The notes beneath the pieces were generated by a model. That model was not told the origin of the DNA. It ran no database searches and saw only the letters and a program-made list of their open reading frames with translations. Both the position numbers and the translations under genes were made by a program. From assembly GCF_009834535.1 (NCBI RefSeq), contig NC_045707.1, positions 57,166,001 to 57,230,000 of the forward strand: DNA of 64,000 nt. Direction: 5' to 3'. Of the stretch, positions 1 to 13,885 are shown in pieces (positions within the stretch are counted from its first letter, which is position 1; each line of letters begins with the position of its first letter). Source of the stretch: Camelus ferus (Eukaryota).

Positions 1-509
1 TACTAAAAAGAGGCTGACCTCCAACAGTATTAACAACAAGTAAATGAGGCTGAGCACTGGAGTTGGTAATTCTGAAGACCCAGTGCTGAACTAATTCGGG
101 ACTCTGACATATTTACCATTCTCGGCAGTCAGAGAGGGCATTTATCAGTAGGCTAGCTGGTGGTTCAAGGCTTCTGGCAGGGCTACTTTCACCTCTAAAC
201 TCCTCCATGCTGATGAGTAACCACTCTGCTATCCTGTACTTCCTGTACTGGAGGAACAAATTAAAGCTTTCTTTACTCATAGTGAATAGTCAGACTTTTC
301 TATAAGCAGAGAAATTAAATGCCTTCTTGGTCTATTAGACTAACAGATTTCCACCCAGAAAATAAAGTGTGGCTATTCCATATGTATACACTGTAATTCA
401 ACCTGAGGTTGCACAAAGCCTGAATCCTCCATAACACACACTCATTTACCATAAACAACCTTCAAACATGTTCATATTCCCCATGTTAAAAACTGAAATG
501 AACTCACAA

Positions 510-1140
510 GCTTTCCCATGAAATTGCTCTCATAGGGTGATTAATGACATCGTAATTGCCAAATCTCTCTTCAGTCACTGTCCTACCAGACCTTTCTCTG
601 TAGCATTTGGCACTGCTGATCCCTCATCTTCTGGAAAGCCTCCCCTCCACGTTCTTCAGGACACTTCGCTTCTCTGATTCTCCCATTGCCTCTCCAATTT
701 CTTATTCTCAATTTATATAGCTTCCCTCTCTCAATCCTCACTTCTCTGCATATCTTAATCACCTTAGGGACTTAAATCATTAACTCTTTTACACCTCTAA
801 TTCTGAAAGTTCTTCTGCATTTCAAACCTGACTTCCCAATATTCTACAAACGTCTGAGTAGCTCCTTTAAACTCTACATTACCAAAACTAAAAGTACTGT
901 TTTCTCCTCCACAAGAGCCCTTGCACCTACTGTAGTATTTCAGTGGATTACTGCCATTGTTCAGTTGTCCTAGCTGAAGACATAAAAGCTATTTTCAATT
1001 CCCTTTTTCACCTCTGTCTTACAATATCCACCTGACACCCTAATACCCAGACTTCCCCTTAATGCTCAGATCACTGATCCCCTAGTTCTGGTCACACAGT
1101 TTGCAGTACTCAACAGTTTCCCAATTGTTCGTCTCTAAAT
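510..1140 (+). mobile_element. L2 LINE fragment (ancient)
   Basis: Pyrimidine-rich L2-like text (gtagcatttggcactgctgatccctcatcttctggaa; ttccagactt-like segments); boundaries approximate. Confidence 0.6.
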
Positions 1141-1159
1141 TACGACTAGAACCCCCTGC

Positions 1160-1630
1160 CTTTAGAGCCAGAAAACCTTGCATCAAATCCCAGCTCCCCC
1201 ATGCTTGCACCACTCACTGGTAAAGTTATTTACTGTCTCTGATCCTGTTTCTACAGTTGTAAACAGGAATGCAAAACAGTTACCAGATGGGTTTATAGAT
1301 AAAATTAACTAAGACATAGGATATAAAGTGCTTAGAAGAGGTTCTATCACCCAACACTCAATCCATCGCAGCTATTATCTTTGCCTGTACTGTCTCTTCC
1401 ACAAAGCTTTTCACATCTACTCTAGTCCTTAACTTCCCTGAAGGGACTAGTGGACAGATTTTTGATTCAGGATAGAATCCAAGCTCTGCCTTTTACAAGC
1501 TACGTGGCCTGAAACAACTTACTTAATTTCTTTGATCCTCATTTAGTTCTATCATCAGAAAATTGCATCAAAACTGGTGCAAGAAATAAACGTAGAATAT
1601 TTATCATTGGCAATGGCTCAATGTAGTTTC
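1160..1630 (+). mobile_element. Two adjacent MIR SINEs (~1160-1380 and ~1440-1630)
   Basis: MIR core motifs tcaaatcccagctc / aagttattt..ctctga..ctgtttc and acttacttaatttctttgatcctca. Confidence 0.7.
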
Positions 1631-3379
1631 TGAAAAAAAGCTTTCATATCTTCTATATGCTGTAAGAAATTTCTTAGGTAGTATCATCTTCAATTTGTTT
1701 GCTTTCTGTCCTTTAAATTAATCTTAATTATTTGACTATATTGCCAGTGCTTTTAGTGCGAGGAGTGTATCTGATACTTTCTCTGTCTCCCTATCAACTC
1801 TAGCAAGATGTTGAGCTCACAATAGGCACCAATAAATACTGTTGACGGAGCTGCGACGATAGCTGTACTTGCCTGCTCTACCATAAAACACAGGCACACA
1901 CAGGAAAAAATAAACTCAAAAATAAAAATCTCTTAACAACTAGTCATGTGAGAGACCTAGAGGATGCTGTCACCATCTTTACCATCTTTTCCAATTGAGA
2001 AGATCTAATTAGGTAACTTGAATCAGAGCAATAGCTGAATCTTTTTCTCCTTCCAAACATACATAAAAGGACATTGCTGTTATACTAGATTAAAACAAGG
2101 AAAAAGGTCATTTTCCACTAAATTAAAAAAAGACTCTGATGTGTGACTACTGAGTGTATTAGTTAGCAACATGTTGGTTACTAGTCCTAAAAGAAGTAAC
2201 ATACTCTATGCTTGAAAGAAGCAAATCTCTGTCCTTGAAAAAGGAATAATCAATAGAGAAAAACAGGTGAACATAGGTGAATGCACAGATTTCCTGTAAA
2301 TAGAAGATAATTCTGTACATGCAAGGAAGAGTTACACTGGTAAAATAAAGCCTGGGAGGGGCTAAGAATTCAGAACGTCCACGTATAGAAAATACATCAC
2401 AGGATATCTTCATGGAGATTACAGATCCAGTGCAGCACAGATTAGATGACAAGCACAGTGAAGAAACACTTGGGGATGATTTAACAAGAGTGATCAATAC
2501 AAAAATAATCTGAAAGTAGTTCAAAGGAATATCCTTAATATTCTCAAACATGCGACTTTTATGCTGGGAAATGGCTTAACATTTTTATCCATGTATATAA
2601 AGTTACAATATTTTCTTATATTTTAAGAGATTTATATTGCATATACTGTCCTACTTCATACATGCATACACATATCATAATATTTCTTTGAAGTTTTCAA
2701 ACTGATTTCACTACATTATCTTATCTGATTTTTATACGAATAAAGGACAGTGCAGAGCTCATTTCTACACGAATCATTCTGTAAAGAAAAGAGAGCGGTA
2801 TCTCAATTCTCCCTTCCTGCTGTATATTCAGGAAAAGAGCATTCAGTAAGACATCACCAAGCTGAATACTCTGAAGTTTCAAAAATATGTAGTTTAAAAA
2901 TTAGTAATGATAAAGCCCATCAAAAAACAGAGGTGAAGGGTTATAAATGTTTGGATAATGACGAACCATGAAATGTACTGTATTATTTGCAGATGAAAGA
3001 CTTCAAGGCCACTCTCAGTTCACTCACAGGTTCTACCCTAAAGGACAGATTCTTGAGGGGAAAGACCACTGGGTTATTTTACAGATCATTCTTCTGCTGC
3101 TTATTCTTCAAAGTTGGTCATGGCAGGCTCAACACAGCCCTGTGTGCTGATTCCTTTGCCCGGTACTTAGAATAGAACTAATGGGCTCCAAAGGGAGCTG
3201 CCTCCAGTGCTCTGATGACTGCTTCAGGGTTGGGAGGACAACAGCCTTTGAAAGAAGAAACGTAGGGTGCCTGAAAATTCAAGCATTACAATGACCAGAT
3301 TGCATGGGAATGAATAATTGGTGTTTATAGTGTAGAATTTTACTCTGGGAAAGAAAAAAAAATCATATTTTTGAATGAT

Positions 3380-3600
3380 AACAGTAGCTTATAGCATCCA
3401 GAATTTATTGTAATATTATATCCTGGCAATTCTCCTAAGGGCTTTTAATGGATTAATCAATTTAATGCCACGCAAGAAAGATACTATTAATAAGTGATAT
3501 TTAGAGATGAGAAAACTGAGGCTGAGAGCAGTTAACTTGTCTGAGGCCACTATAGAAGTTTCAGGAATCATCCTATCAGAGTCTCAACTGCTGTGCTTCC
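3380..3600 (-). mobile_element. MIR SINE
   Basis: atttagagatgagaaaactgaggctgagagcagttaacttgtctgaggccac is the reverse MIR core. Confidence 0.75.
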
Positions 3601-4399
3601 ACACAAACACTGAAATTTTTCACTAAATTAGAATGAAGTCTTTCTTCAGTAAATGTGTTTGGAAGGTCAGCATCACGCACTATGAAAAGAAACTGGAATT
3701 AATTCCACAGTTAAACAATTAAAACATGTGACCAAGTAATATATTTATCCTAGAAAAAGAACAACTGACTTGGAGAAGATTCACAGAAATGCAGAACTAG
3801 GAGTACACGTGTCAACCTTTTAGTTTTAATGATGAAGAAATGGATTCCAAAGAGGCTGAATTCATTGGTCCAAGGTCATACAGGTGGATGAAGGCAGAGT
3901 AAGATTAAATAACACATATATTCGTATTTTAGTCCTGCAACCATGCTCCTACAACACAATTCAGTCTTAAATCCTCTACTTCCACTAACTAATTTATTGC
4001 CTGAGAAGGCTGAATGTAGCACATATCTTCACAGTTAATTGTTGAATTATTAATAGACAGCCATCTGCCCTGGTTAATCTAGTAAGGATATCAAAAAGTT
4101 TATTAAAACAGCTTGCTGCTATGAAATAATTTGTGAAATGCAAACAGATGTAAAATGAGAGCAAGTTTTCATTCCTTGAAGACTTTCAAAGAGATTGATA
4201 TTACATAAATATGACAATTGCCATATTAAGGTCAAGTATGAAAATCAGTTTATAACTTAATGCCAAGATGTAAAGTGACTAATAACTAATATTCTATCCT
4301 AGGTAATAACTTTTCCAAATTGATCACTTTTTCTCTTTTTTTATTTAAAGTACAATATGTTTTTGTGTTATTTTTATAAACGAGCAGTTTTACATAACT

Positions 4400-4716
4400 T
4401 TCCCCAACTTTACTGAGGTGTAATTGACAAAACAGTATGTATTTAATGTGTACAACTTGATATTTTGGCATATGTTTATATCATGAAATAATCACCACAA
4501 TCAAAGTAATTAATATATTCATCACCTCACATAATTATCATTTTCTTTTTTCTTTTTTTTTCTGTGCATGTGTGGTGAGAACACTTACAATCAACCCTTT
4601 TAGCAAATTTCAAGTATGCAATATAGTATTGCTAACTACAGTCACATTGGTGTACATCAGATCTTCAGAACTTAATCAACTTGAGTAACTAAAACTTTGT
4701 ACCCCTTGGCCAACAT
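4400..4716 (-). mobile_element. L1 (L1MA-like) 3' UTR end
   Basis: Reverse L1 3' end text: tttactgaggtgtaattgaca...aatatattcatcacctcacata...ttagcaaatttcaagta...tacatcagatcttcagaactt. Confidence 0.85.
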
Positions 4717-4719
4717 CTT

Positions 4720-5365
4720 TCTACACAACAGCAGAAAAATCACATTCTTCTCAAGTGCATACAAAACATTCTGTAGGATAGATCATATGTTAGGTCGCAA
4801 AATAGGCTTTACAAATTTAAGAAGACAGAAATCCTTTCAAGTATCCAAGTACCACAGTAGAACGAAACTAGAAATCAATAAAATTAAGAAAATAGGAAAA
4901 TTCACAATTACATAAAAACTCTTGAACAACCATTGGATGAATAAGGAAATCAAAGGAGAATTTTTAATGTTATCTTGAGAAGACAAAAATGAAAACACAA
5001 CATGCCAAACTTATGGAATGCAACAAAAGCAATACTAACAGGTAAGTTTATATTGATAAAGGCTGACATTAAAAAAAAGAAAGATCTCAAATAAAGTAAC
5101 TTTATACCTCAAGGAACTAGAAAAAGAAGAATTAAGCCTAAAGTGAGAAGAAAGGAAATAGTAAAGACTGGTGTAGCAATAAATCAAATAGAGAAGAGAA
5201 AAACAATAGAAAAAATTATAACTAAGAGTTGGTTTTTTGAGACAATAAAATCAACAAACCCTCAGCTAGGTTAACTAGAGGAAAAATAAATAAAATCAGA
5301 AATGAAAGAGAAGACAATATAACAGATGCCTCAGATAATAAAAGAATCATAAGGGACTACTCTGA
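4720..5365 (+). mobile_element. L1 ORF2 fragment (end of endonuclease domain and linker), degenerate
   Basis: ORF 4697..4915 includes TFFSSAYKTFCRIDHMLG, the L1 EN SxIDH motif; A-rich ORF2 text continues to aagaatcataagggactac. Confidence 0.9.
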
Positions 5366-6109
5366 GGACATGCTTGTCAACTAAGTTGATTTCTTGCTCA
5401 GCCACATCAAGCCATTGTGGAAGCCTGAGTTCCACTATATTATATAATTAAAATACGTATTCATTTGTACATTAGCACCTAAGCAAAGGTAAGGAGAAAG
5501 GCAGGGCCAAGGGACATTTGTTTGACCTTGAAAAGAAGGGTTGGATTTTGATTCAGCAGATGGTAGACCTTTTGCAAAAAAAAAAAAAAGCAGATACAAA
5601 ATAGAAGAGAGAGGCTAGAAAACATATGAGTATAACCATCATTTACCAACACACAACATGCCTGCATATACATACCAGATTCCCAAGTTTGTTTACACAT
5701 TGAAGTTCCTATATTAAAGTACTGTGTTTCATTCCTCTTCTTTGACAAAACTGCTTTACCAAATATGTCTTTGTCCATATGTTGTTGGAGATAAGTCTGT
5801 TTCAGTCAGCACACTATTAATAAAATAAATTTCTAGAAAGGTATTGTTTTTTCTTCCTCTCAAAAATGAGAACTGAATTATTCAGAGTTGCTTTGCATAT
5901 TTTAATTGGTAAGTCCAATTTGGCTTCCAGAATTGCATACATTAAATACAGCCAGTTCAAAGAATAAAAATAAATCTTTGCTTATTAAAATATATATAAC
6001 ATATTACTTGTTTATGAAGTTCTCTGGTAAAGAGAATATTAGAGTTACTTTTTCCTCTCTTAGAGTAAAAAGAATGTACTCACAAATCAAGTGTGTTTTT
6101 TTTCTGATA

Positions 6110-7520
6110 TCCTCATTCAGGCATTTATTTAACAAATATTTATTGAGAACCGAATATGTGTCATGAACAAGGCTAGGAGTTGAGAAGTGATGATGAAAAA
6201 ACACTAAGATAATTCCCTCCTTCTCAGAGTTTAGAGCAGAGAGAAGTGAATAAATCAAAGAAGCCTATAAACTAATGTGTAACAGCAACTATGACATAAG
6301 CCACAGAGGAAAAATGCAGGGTGCTTAAGAGAGACTACAAAAAGACTTGACCTAGTCAGAGAGGTCAAGGAGGGCTTCCCTGAGGAAGGGACACTTGAGC
6401 TATGCTCTAAAGGATAAGAGGAACATATTTCAGGCAACAGATGGGCAAATTTCAGGCAAGAAATGAGCACAAGAATAACCAGAAAAGTAGGAGCCTGTTG
6501 TGCCTTAGAAGAGAAGAAAGTGACTAAGATACAGTGAATAGGCAACACTTTCAAACTTTGAGAAGCCAAGTATGGTGAGGACTGAAAATGTCCACTGGCA
6601 TTTGAAGAAATAGAGATCACTAGGGAGATTATCAAAATCTGTTATGATGACGTGATGATGACAGAGGCCAAACGGACAGGATTGCAAAGTTCTAGGTTAG
6701 AAAATGGAGCTACTGGGTGTAGGCAAGCCTTCAAAGATGAAGAGAGGGTATTTTAACCGCAAGGGGATAAAAGAATCAAAGATTTTTGTGGGGTTTTTTG
6801 GTTGCTGTTTGTTTGTTTTAATAAGAAAAACAAGACTATGTTGAAAATTTGGTAATTTTCAGGAAGCTAAAACCAAAGCAGACAACCAGGATTTCCAATA
6901 TGTTTTTACCCTGAAGATGTAAAGCTGTATGTCTATGATAGAAAAGAAAATCTTATTTAAATATCCATTGTATGCTTCCATGATGAAACATAGATTGTCT
7001 CAAGCAGATAGCTCTTATGAATCTAGAAATTATACTGAATGAAATTTTCAAGAGATGATTACATCTAATCAGAGTCTTCAAGGATAGTAGGAATTAACCA
7101 GACAAAGACAGAGGGAAAGTCATGCCAGACAAAAGAAACAGACAAAAGGGCCAGGAGCTCAAGGGAGCAGGGAGAATTACCTGCAGGCAACAGTCAGCAA
7201 GGTAGATGCCACTAAGAGAGAAAATAAAATCAGACTGAAGAAGGCCCTTTGACTTTGTCAGTTATGAAGTCACTGTTGACCTCTGATACAGCAGCTTTAT
7301 GAAGTGATGTGGAGAGAAACTGGACTTCAGTGGGATGGAGTGTAATTGCAAGAACATAAGGTTCAGACAGTATGGAAAGGATGTTTTTTCAAGGAGCTTA
7401 CTGGAGAAGAAAATAAGATGGGATAGACAGAAAGGTGCAAAAGTCTAAATAAAAGGCTTTGTTTTGTGATCAGAGAGAATTAAAGATGTTTACAAATAGT
7501 AGGAAAGAAACCAAGGTGCA
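6110..7520 (-). mobile_element. L2 fragments
   Basis: cattta tttaacaaatatttattgagaac (reverse L2 tail), gaggtcaaggagggcttccctgaggaagggacacttgagct; purine-rich L2 body. Confidence 0.75.
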
Positions 7521-8149
7521 CAGATAAGGTTTAAAAGTTAAAAAAAATCACTCTTTTGTACAACAAATATTTATAGAGCATCTACACTGTTCTTGAGCAC
7601 ATCAAGACAAACAACAAGCCTCTTTTATGGTAAAATCATGTTTGTAATAAACCTGATAAACAATAATAGGCCAATGGTAAATGCACAAAAATTATATGTA
7701 CTTCAGTTCTACAGGCAGATTAATACTTATAAATACTAATGAATATAATGACACCTTTGGCTTTGTCACATTTGTGCTAGCAATATCACAATTCATTATA
7801 AACATTCAGTGTTGAGGCTTATTTTGTTTACTTCAAGGGGAATTACCGCTTTAATAAAAATAGTTATTCTATTGCAAGGACTTCGGTACGGAACAGACTT
7901 GTCAAGATTATTTTATGTTTTAATTATTACAAACACTACAATGCATGTTGAGTCTACAAAGGACTAAGGCATAGTGTAAAAGATGTGGAGTAGTGCCTGT
8001 TGGTTTAATACTTGTGTCAAAGTCTGCTTTAATATCTCTCAGCCTTCAGAGACAGAAAACCAGTCAGCTGAAAATGAAGGAACGCTAATGCCTTAAACGG
8101 TGACTAGGACTAGGACACTCCCACGAAGACCAAGAATAGTCTCTAACTT

Positions 8150-9320
8150 TTTTCAGAATCATAGAGTTGCAGAATTTTAAGATAGTAAAAAACGTTGACA
8201 TCATCTAATACTATTATCCACATCCCACATACAAAATTCCCTTCTCCAAATTCCTTGCTTGATGTTGAGACACTAAGAGAGCCTTCTATTTGAGAAGTTG
8301 CCTATTCTACTAAAGGACAGTTAAATTTTCTCTGATTATTTCCAAAATATAGGTCTCTGGAACTCCATAGTACTACACTACTCCCTTTATATATGGCAAC
8401 TCTTTAAATATCAAAAAATATCTTACCATACATGGGCACTAAATATATTCTTTTTTTCAGACTAACCATTCATAATGCCTTCATCTCTTCCTTGTATGAC
8501 ATTTTCCTCCTAGTCCCTTTGATCCAGGTGCTTTCTAGTAAGTTACTGATGTTTCCTCCTCCACATTAAACTGAACACAAATTTCCAAAGGTGAAAAAAT
8601 AAGATTGGAACATTGCACATGGTGTGTATTTTTTTTAAAGCAATCCTACCAACCACTCGTGTTTGAACTCTGGACAATTATAATAACACAGGGATTTAAC
8701 CACATAAACTGCAACCAACCTGTTTCCTTTACTTCATTTCTGCAATTATTTTTAATATAAATATAAGATTGTAAAGATTTCTATATTTTCCCATCTTGTG
8801 TGTTTTGCCCCAAAAGTCCAAGATCATTTCATATACTGATTTAGCAAACTACCACCTGTCCTTCTCAAATTTTGATCTCCTACAATCTGCTATGTATGTG
8901 TTTTAAGTATTTGTACAAGGCATTGATAAAATTAAATAGAATAGGCATAAGAGCAGAGATTTCTAACACACACACAAAAATATTATTCCTGGATAACATC
9001 AGTCCATGCAACAGAATCTTTTTTTTTATGCAACAGAATCTTAAAGTGGTTATTTATTCAGCTATGAATCTGGTCAGTCTACTATTCTCTCCCTTATACA
9101 TACAGCTATCATCAGAAACTGCCAAAAATATTTAGCTAAAATCAAGAACATATATTTGAAAATCCATTAATCCTACAAGAATACAAAAAGGTGAATTCTG
9201 TTGTTTGTTTTATGATGGCTGTTTTGTAAGATTCTAAAATCAGTATCAGTTCAATAGTTTCTAGAAAGGGATAGACATCAAACTTGTTAGTGTGTATTTT
9301 TCCAGAATATAATTTCTATA
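8150..9320 (-). mobile_element. L3/CR1 LINE remnant
   Basis: Starts tcagaatcatagag; internal actgaacacaaatttcca and cattgataaaattaaatagaataggc resemble reverse CR1 RT sequence. Highly diverged. Confidence 0.55.
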
Positions 9321-9523
9321 GCTTTGTTCAACACAATTTAGACAGTTGTCTATTTTTTGCTATATATGCCTTTCTCTTATGAAATCATACTTTTAACTGA
9401 AAGAAGGTATAAAAATGCTCCATGCCCCAATCCATATTTTTCTGTTCCTACTTAGGACTACTTCTCAAAAACTGTTGGCAAAATAAATATTATTTATACG
9501 TGGTATTAATTCTATATTATTAC

Positions 9524-9619
9524 CTCATATAAAACCGTTGGGTTTCCATGTAGAAGAGGTCCGTAACAGATATAGGAATGTCCAACGACCCAGCCTAAGT
9601 CAGAAGCTGCCCACCACAC
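9524..9619 (-). CDS. ACSS3: ACSS3 exon 7 (96 nt): VWWAASDLGWVVGHSYICYGPLLHGNPTVLYE
   Basis: DxGWVVGHSYxxYGPL motif; acceptor gtttag|GTG, donor GAG|gtaata. Confidence 0.97.
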
Positions 9620-9703
9620 CTAAACAATAAGAAGGTAATAAAATGCATAATTACATCTCAATCAGAGGGAAGATATGTAATGTGAATTTAAAACCGGGAT
9701 CAC

Positions 9704-9784
9704 CTCTCCAGGTTTAAGTCCGTATATAGAAGACATTGTCCAGTTTAGCATGACAGCGTATCCTCCAGTGGGCCTCACCACACC
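9704..9784 (-). CDS. ACSS3: ACSS3 exon 6 (81 nt): GVVRPTGGYAVMLNWTMSSIYGLKPGE
   Basis: Completes PK-G motif; acceptor cctttag|GGT, donor GAG|gtgatc. Confidence 0.96.
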
Positions 9785-12700
9785 CTAAAGGAGAGAAAAA
9801 GTGAAGTTAAAATCAATAAACAACTTGTTAAAGGATTCTCTATCTTCATACTATCCACTTAAGAAAAGTTCCTGTTAAAGTATTTTTTATTCTATAGGTT
9901 ACAGATTATTTGGCTTTCATATAATTTTATCTGAATCACTATTTCTTTGGCTCTTCCAGTAATAAACACAGAACAATTCAACAATATCAGTCCATCTGTA
10001 GAATCCATTCTCACAGACCATTCTGGACTTTCTAAAGAAAATACGATATTTCCCAGAAGAACAGGCAATAAAATTTTTTTCCAGTGGCAACATAAATTAT
10101 CAACATTACGTTCTTCACAAATATTTCCAGAACAAAAATGGTAACTCTCAAAATTAAGTGCACAGAAAGGTCAAAGGCAGTTGTGTGCCTAAGATACAGA
10201 CTAAGGATGTTTATTCCTTAATTTATTAAATAATAAAAGGATGCTTAGAGGAAACAGTCATATTCTAACTGGATCCTATTACACTGTTACCCTGGGGTCA
10301 TGTTACCACAGGATTAGAGCTGAGCAATTCTTTACTGATGAATTCTGAAACTCTGAGGAATCAACCCTGATGAGTTAGATCTGAAGCTGACAGATTTGCC
10401 TTACATTACATTTTGGGCAAAAGGAAGGACTGTTATACCATAGTACTATAGCTTTCACGAATCTGTTTCTAGCAGCTATCATTGACAGTGAACATATTCA
10501 ATGTTAATACAAGATTAATATTTGAAAACTAGGCACAATAGTCATCATAAATAAGAACTGATGGTAAATGCAACAATTAATTTCATTTATTGCTTCACTA
10601 TAAACATTAATCATCATTGGCTCAAAAAGACTTTATGATGTGACTATTCAGAGTGAGAAGGTGAATGCTTGGTAAGAAATAAGTTATATGACACTCACAC
10701 GTATTTTCAATCACCTCTTATTAGAGCAATTACCATTACTCTGTGAAGAAAATAATTATTTTACCTAAAAGGGCACACATGGTCCTAAATAATAAAGGTG
10801 CTACTAGTTGTACCTTTTTAGTACAGCTCTGTGACTATGACACACATACATGAATCAGAAGAATGAAAAAAGAAGTTGACCTTCTGTTTGTTACTAAAAT
10901 TGCTGCTCTCCTCGGGTACCACTAATAAAACATAGGCATCAAGCTGTGGAATGCACTTTATCTACCAGCAGAACACCTGGTCTCTTGGCATATTTCACAT
11001 GCAGCTTTGTTGGCATTTGATAGTTACTTTCCAGGTTGTATGACATGGTTAGCATGCAGCTGGCTCTTTTGATCACCTTAGGGGTATTAGAAATCCTAAG
11101 CCCCTGACAGTAAATTTCACACATGCATTTTCCCATGTAAACTGAGCAGCTCTTTCCCTACTATACCTGTACTGTCTTCCATGATTTTTGCTAATTTGTC
11201 AGCCCTGTTGAGATCTTTTCCTACAGTTCAATACCTTGATGAAATTGATATCAAATCAATTTGTAAACACTCTCTCCTAAAAATGTTTGTTCATTTGGTA
11301 GAAGATAAAAAGTGAGGTTTTTTTCACAGATAATACGTTATTCGTATATTTATGGCAGACAGTGATAATTAAAATCATTCATTATTTCACTTAAGATATT
11401 TTAGAATTTTCTCTCCAACTGCCTGTCCCTTCATTTAGAGGTCATTCTTTTCAATAATTCTAAATATCATTGTAACTGTAAATTTTTAGATTAAATAATA
11501 CAGAGGGTAAGATTAACCAACTGGAAGGGACAGAAAGGAATAAAAGCCTAATGAGAACATAAATGAGTAGTAATTTATTTGTAAAACTCAGGAGATAATT
11601 TAAAAGATAGGTTATCAAATTTCTGTTTACCTCTCAAGTGAATACTTCTTTAGAGGTTATTTACCAATGTTGCTTTGTCTATAAAATGGTAGCTACTTAA
11701 ATCCATTTGACCCCAAAAAAGCTAGACTTATAAAATGAGACCATGCATGAAAAAGCATTTAAAATTATACAGGCTAGAATTTAATGTCTTATTAACAAAA
11801 TTATTTCCTTATTTCTAGCAATTTTTTTTTAATTTTTCCCTGTGCTAATAACACACAAAAGGCAGAAACATCAAAATAATTAGAGGTTATCATCAAAGAT
11901 TGTCATTAAAAATAACTAAAATTGAGTTAAAGGAGACAGAAAAGCCATAACGCCTTCTTTTCATTGGTCTTTGATAACCACTTATTTTTTTTAAAGAAAG
12001 AGTATAAAGATTTTTATCGAGCATCATTTTCCATTCATTAATCTAGACTCTATTCATGAAATCTGGTCTTGCTTCTAAAATATTCAGATGGCAGTTTTCA
12101 ATTTTCTGGGTATTTGGTATGGTGTAGGAAAAAAAACTGCACAATTTCATATTCTCAATGTAGATCTTTTATAAGAAGCTTGAGAGTAACAAAATTGAAA
12201 GATTAGTTTAAAAATAGTTTATTATAATATTAATATGTGACTAAAATTGAGATGATAAAGTTTCTTGTTTATAATCACATTTTACAGGTAATGATCATTA
12301 AAATACAAAAGATAAACCCTGTTTAGCCTTCAAAAACACATAAACCATGCTCAAAAATAAATAAAATAAAATAAACTATTCTAGGTAGGAAAAATTAATC
12401 AGAAACAAAAAATGACATTTCAAAGTATATTCAAAATCTTGAATATGAGATAAAAATACAATTATTCAATTGTCCAAAAATTCAACAATGCTTACCCCTA
12501 AAACACAAGCATGCTGCATCTTATTGTTCTGAATCTTTTGTTACCTGCTTTATGTACTTATACCCTCTCTACCTTAAAAGTAAAGACATGAGATGATGAC
12601 CTAATGTATTTTCCGAAAAGCCCTGTGACCTGCCAATATACCATCCTGGCTTCTGTAGGATCAGCCACAATACTTAGTATTCTGGAGAACTTGAAAGACA

Positions 12701-13289
12701 CCCAGGTGGGAATAACACTCTGTGCCCCAAATAAAGACATGACAGTGAATTCTATCTCAGATATAAGAAAGGAGACAGTATGAAGGTGCTCTTTGAAAAA
12801 TAACACTTTTAATATATACAGGTATTTAAAAATTCAAACCACACAAGTAAAACTAAAGGCTGATGATTCATCACTCAGGAATGGCAGGACAGTGATAGCA
12901 GCTGGTGCTTTGTGATTTCCAGTTTAATGAGCTGCTTCTGAAGACAAGGAAAGCCATTAATGTAAAATGGGGCCATTAATGTAAAATATTAAGAAAAATA
13001 TGGTTGGAATAACATGGGTTGTAGCAGAAGAGGAAGGAAGACTGAGGTATGTGGAAAGATTAAGAGTTTGGTTGTCTTACCTTAAAAAAATTATTTTAAT
13101 TGATCTGTAAAAATCTGAATGGCAAATCTGTAAATACTCGGATAAAAAGATGTCTAGATAAACAACAAAACTTCATACTTCCTAAATTGAACCCCTCTAT
13201 CACCCTACTCTGTAATAAAGGCTTGTGCAAGACAAATGCACATATTCACAAACATAAAATATATATCCATTGACATACAAGTGTACTGT

Positions 13290-13380
13290 CTATATGTACA
13301 CATGTATATACATGCATATGCTTTGTATGGATGTATGTTTATATATATGTATACACACACACACACATATGTATATATAT
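13290..13380. repeat. Degenerate TA/CA microsatellite
   Basis: Visible alternating purine-pyrimidine tract. Confidence 0.8.
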
Positions 13381-13599
13381 CTCAATTCAGTCTAACAAAT
13401 TAAGAAAAAGCAAAATAAGAAGGGGAAATAAAAATTTTACCCAGAGGAAAGAGATTCATCACCAAATGATGGTTGGAGTCAGTGAGTTGAAAAATGTAAG
13501 GCATGATTCTGCTTACTTAAAAAATCCAACACATCAACAATATTCTTGTTCTTATATAGTGGATTTACAGATGATATTCCCACTCTCTAGAGTGAACCC

Positions 13600-13885
13600 C
13601 CACCCTTTTACTACACCTGGTTAGTCCTACTTCACACGAGTACTTAACAACACTGTGAAAGTGCCACCTCCTGGAAGCTGTCGAAATCCACGGTTTGTGT
13701 TAAAAGCCTTCCCCTCCTCTTCCATGGCCCCAGGACCTGCAAACTTCCTCTGAGCCTCGGGGCACTAACAATGCCTACCTACTGCTAAGTCTCCTCCATT
13801 ACTCTGGGTGCCAGAAGAATGACTTTGTATCTTCAGCACAGAATAGGCATTTAGTACATTTGCTGACCAATTAAATGAGTGAATA
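13600..13885 (+). mobile_element. L2 3' fragment
   Basis: Ends cagcacagaataggcatttagtacatttgctgaccaattaaatgagtgaat (L2 tail). Confidence 0.6.

Noticed and set aside
2159..2551. 130-aa minus-strand ORF and a stop-interrupted purine-rich plus-strand frame
   Set aside because: No recognisable domain or splice context. It may be a very old LINE remnant, but I cannot support that.
10337..10384. TGATGA/CTGA boxes
   Set aside because: The C boxes lack the leading purine, the spacing is too short, and they are antisense to the host gene.
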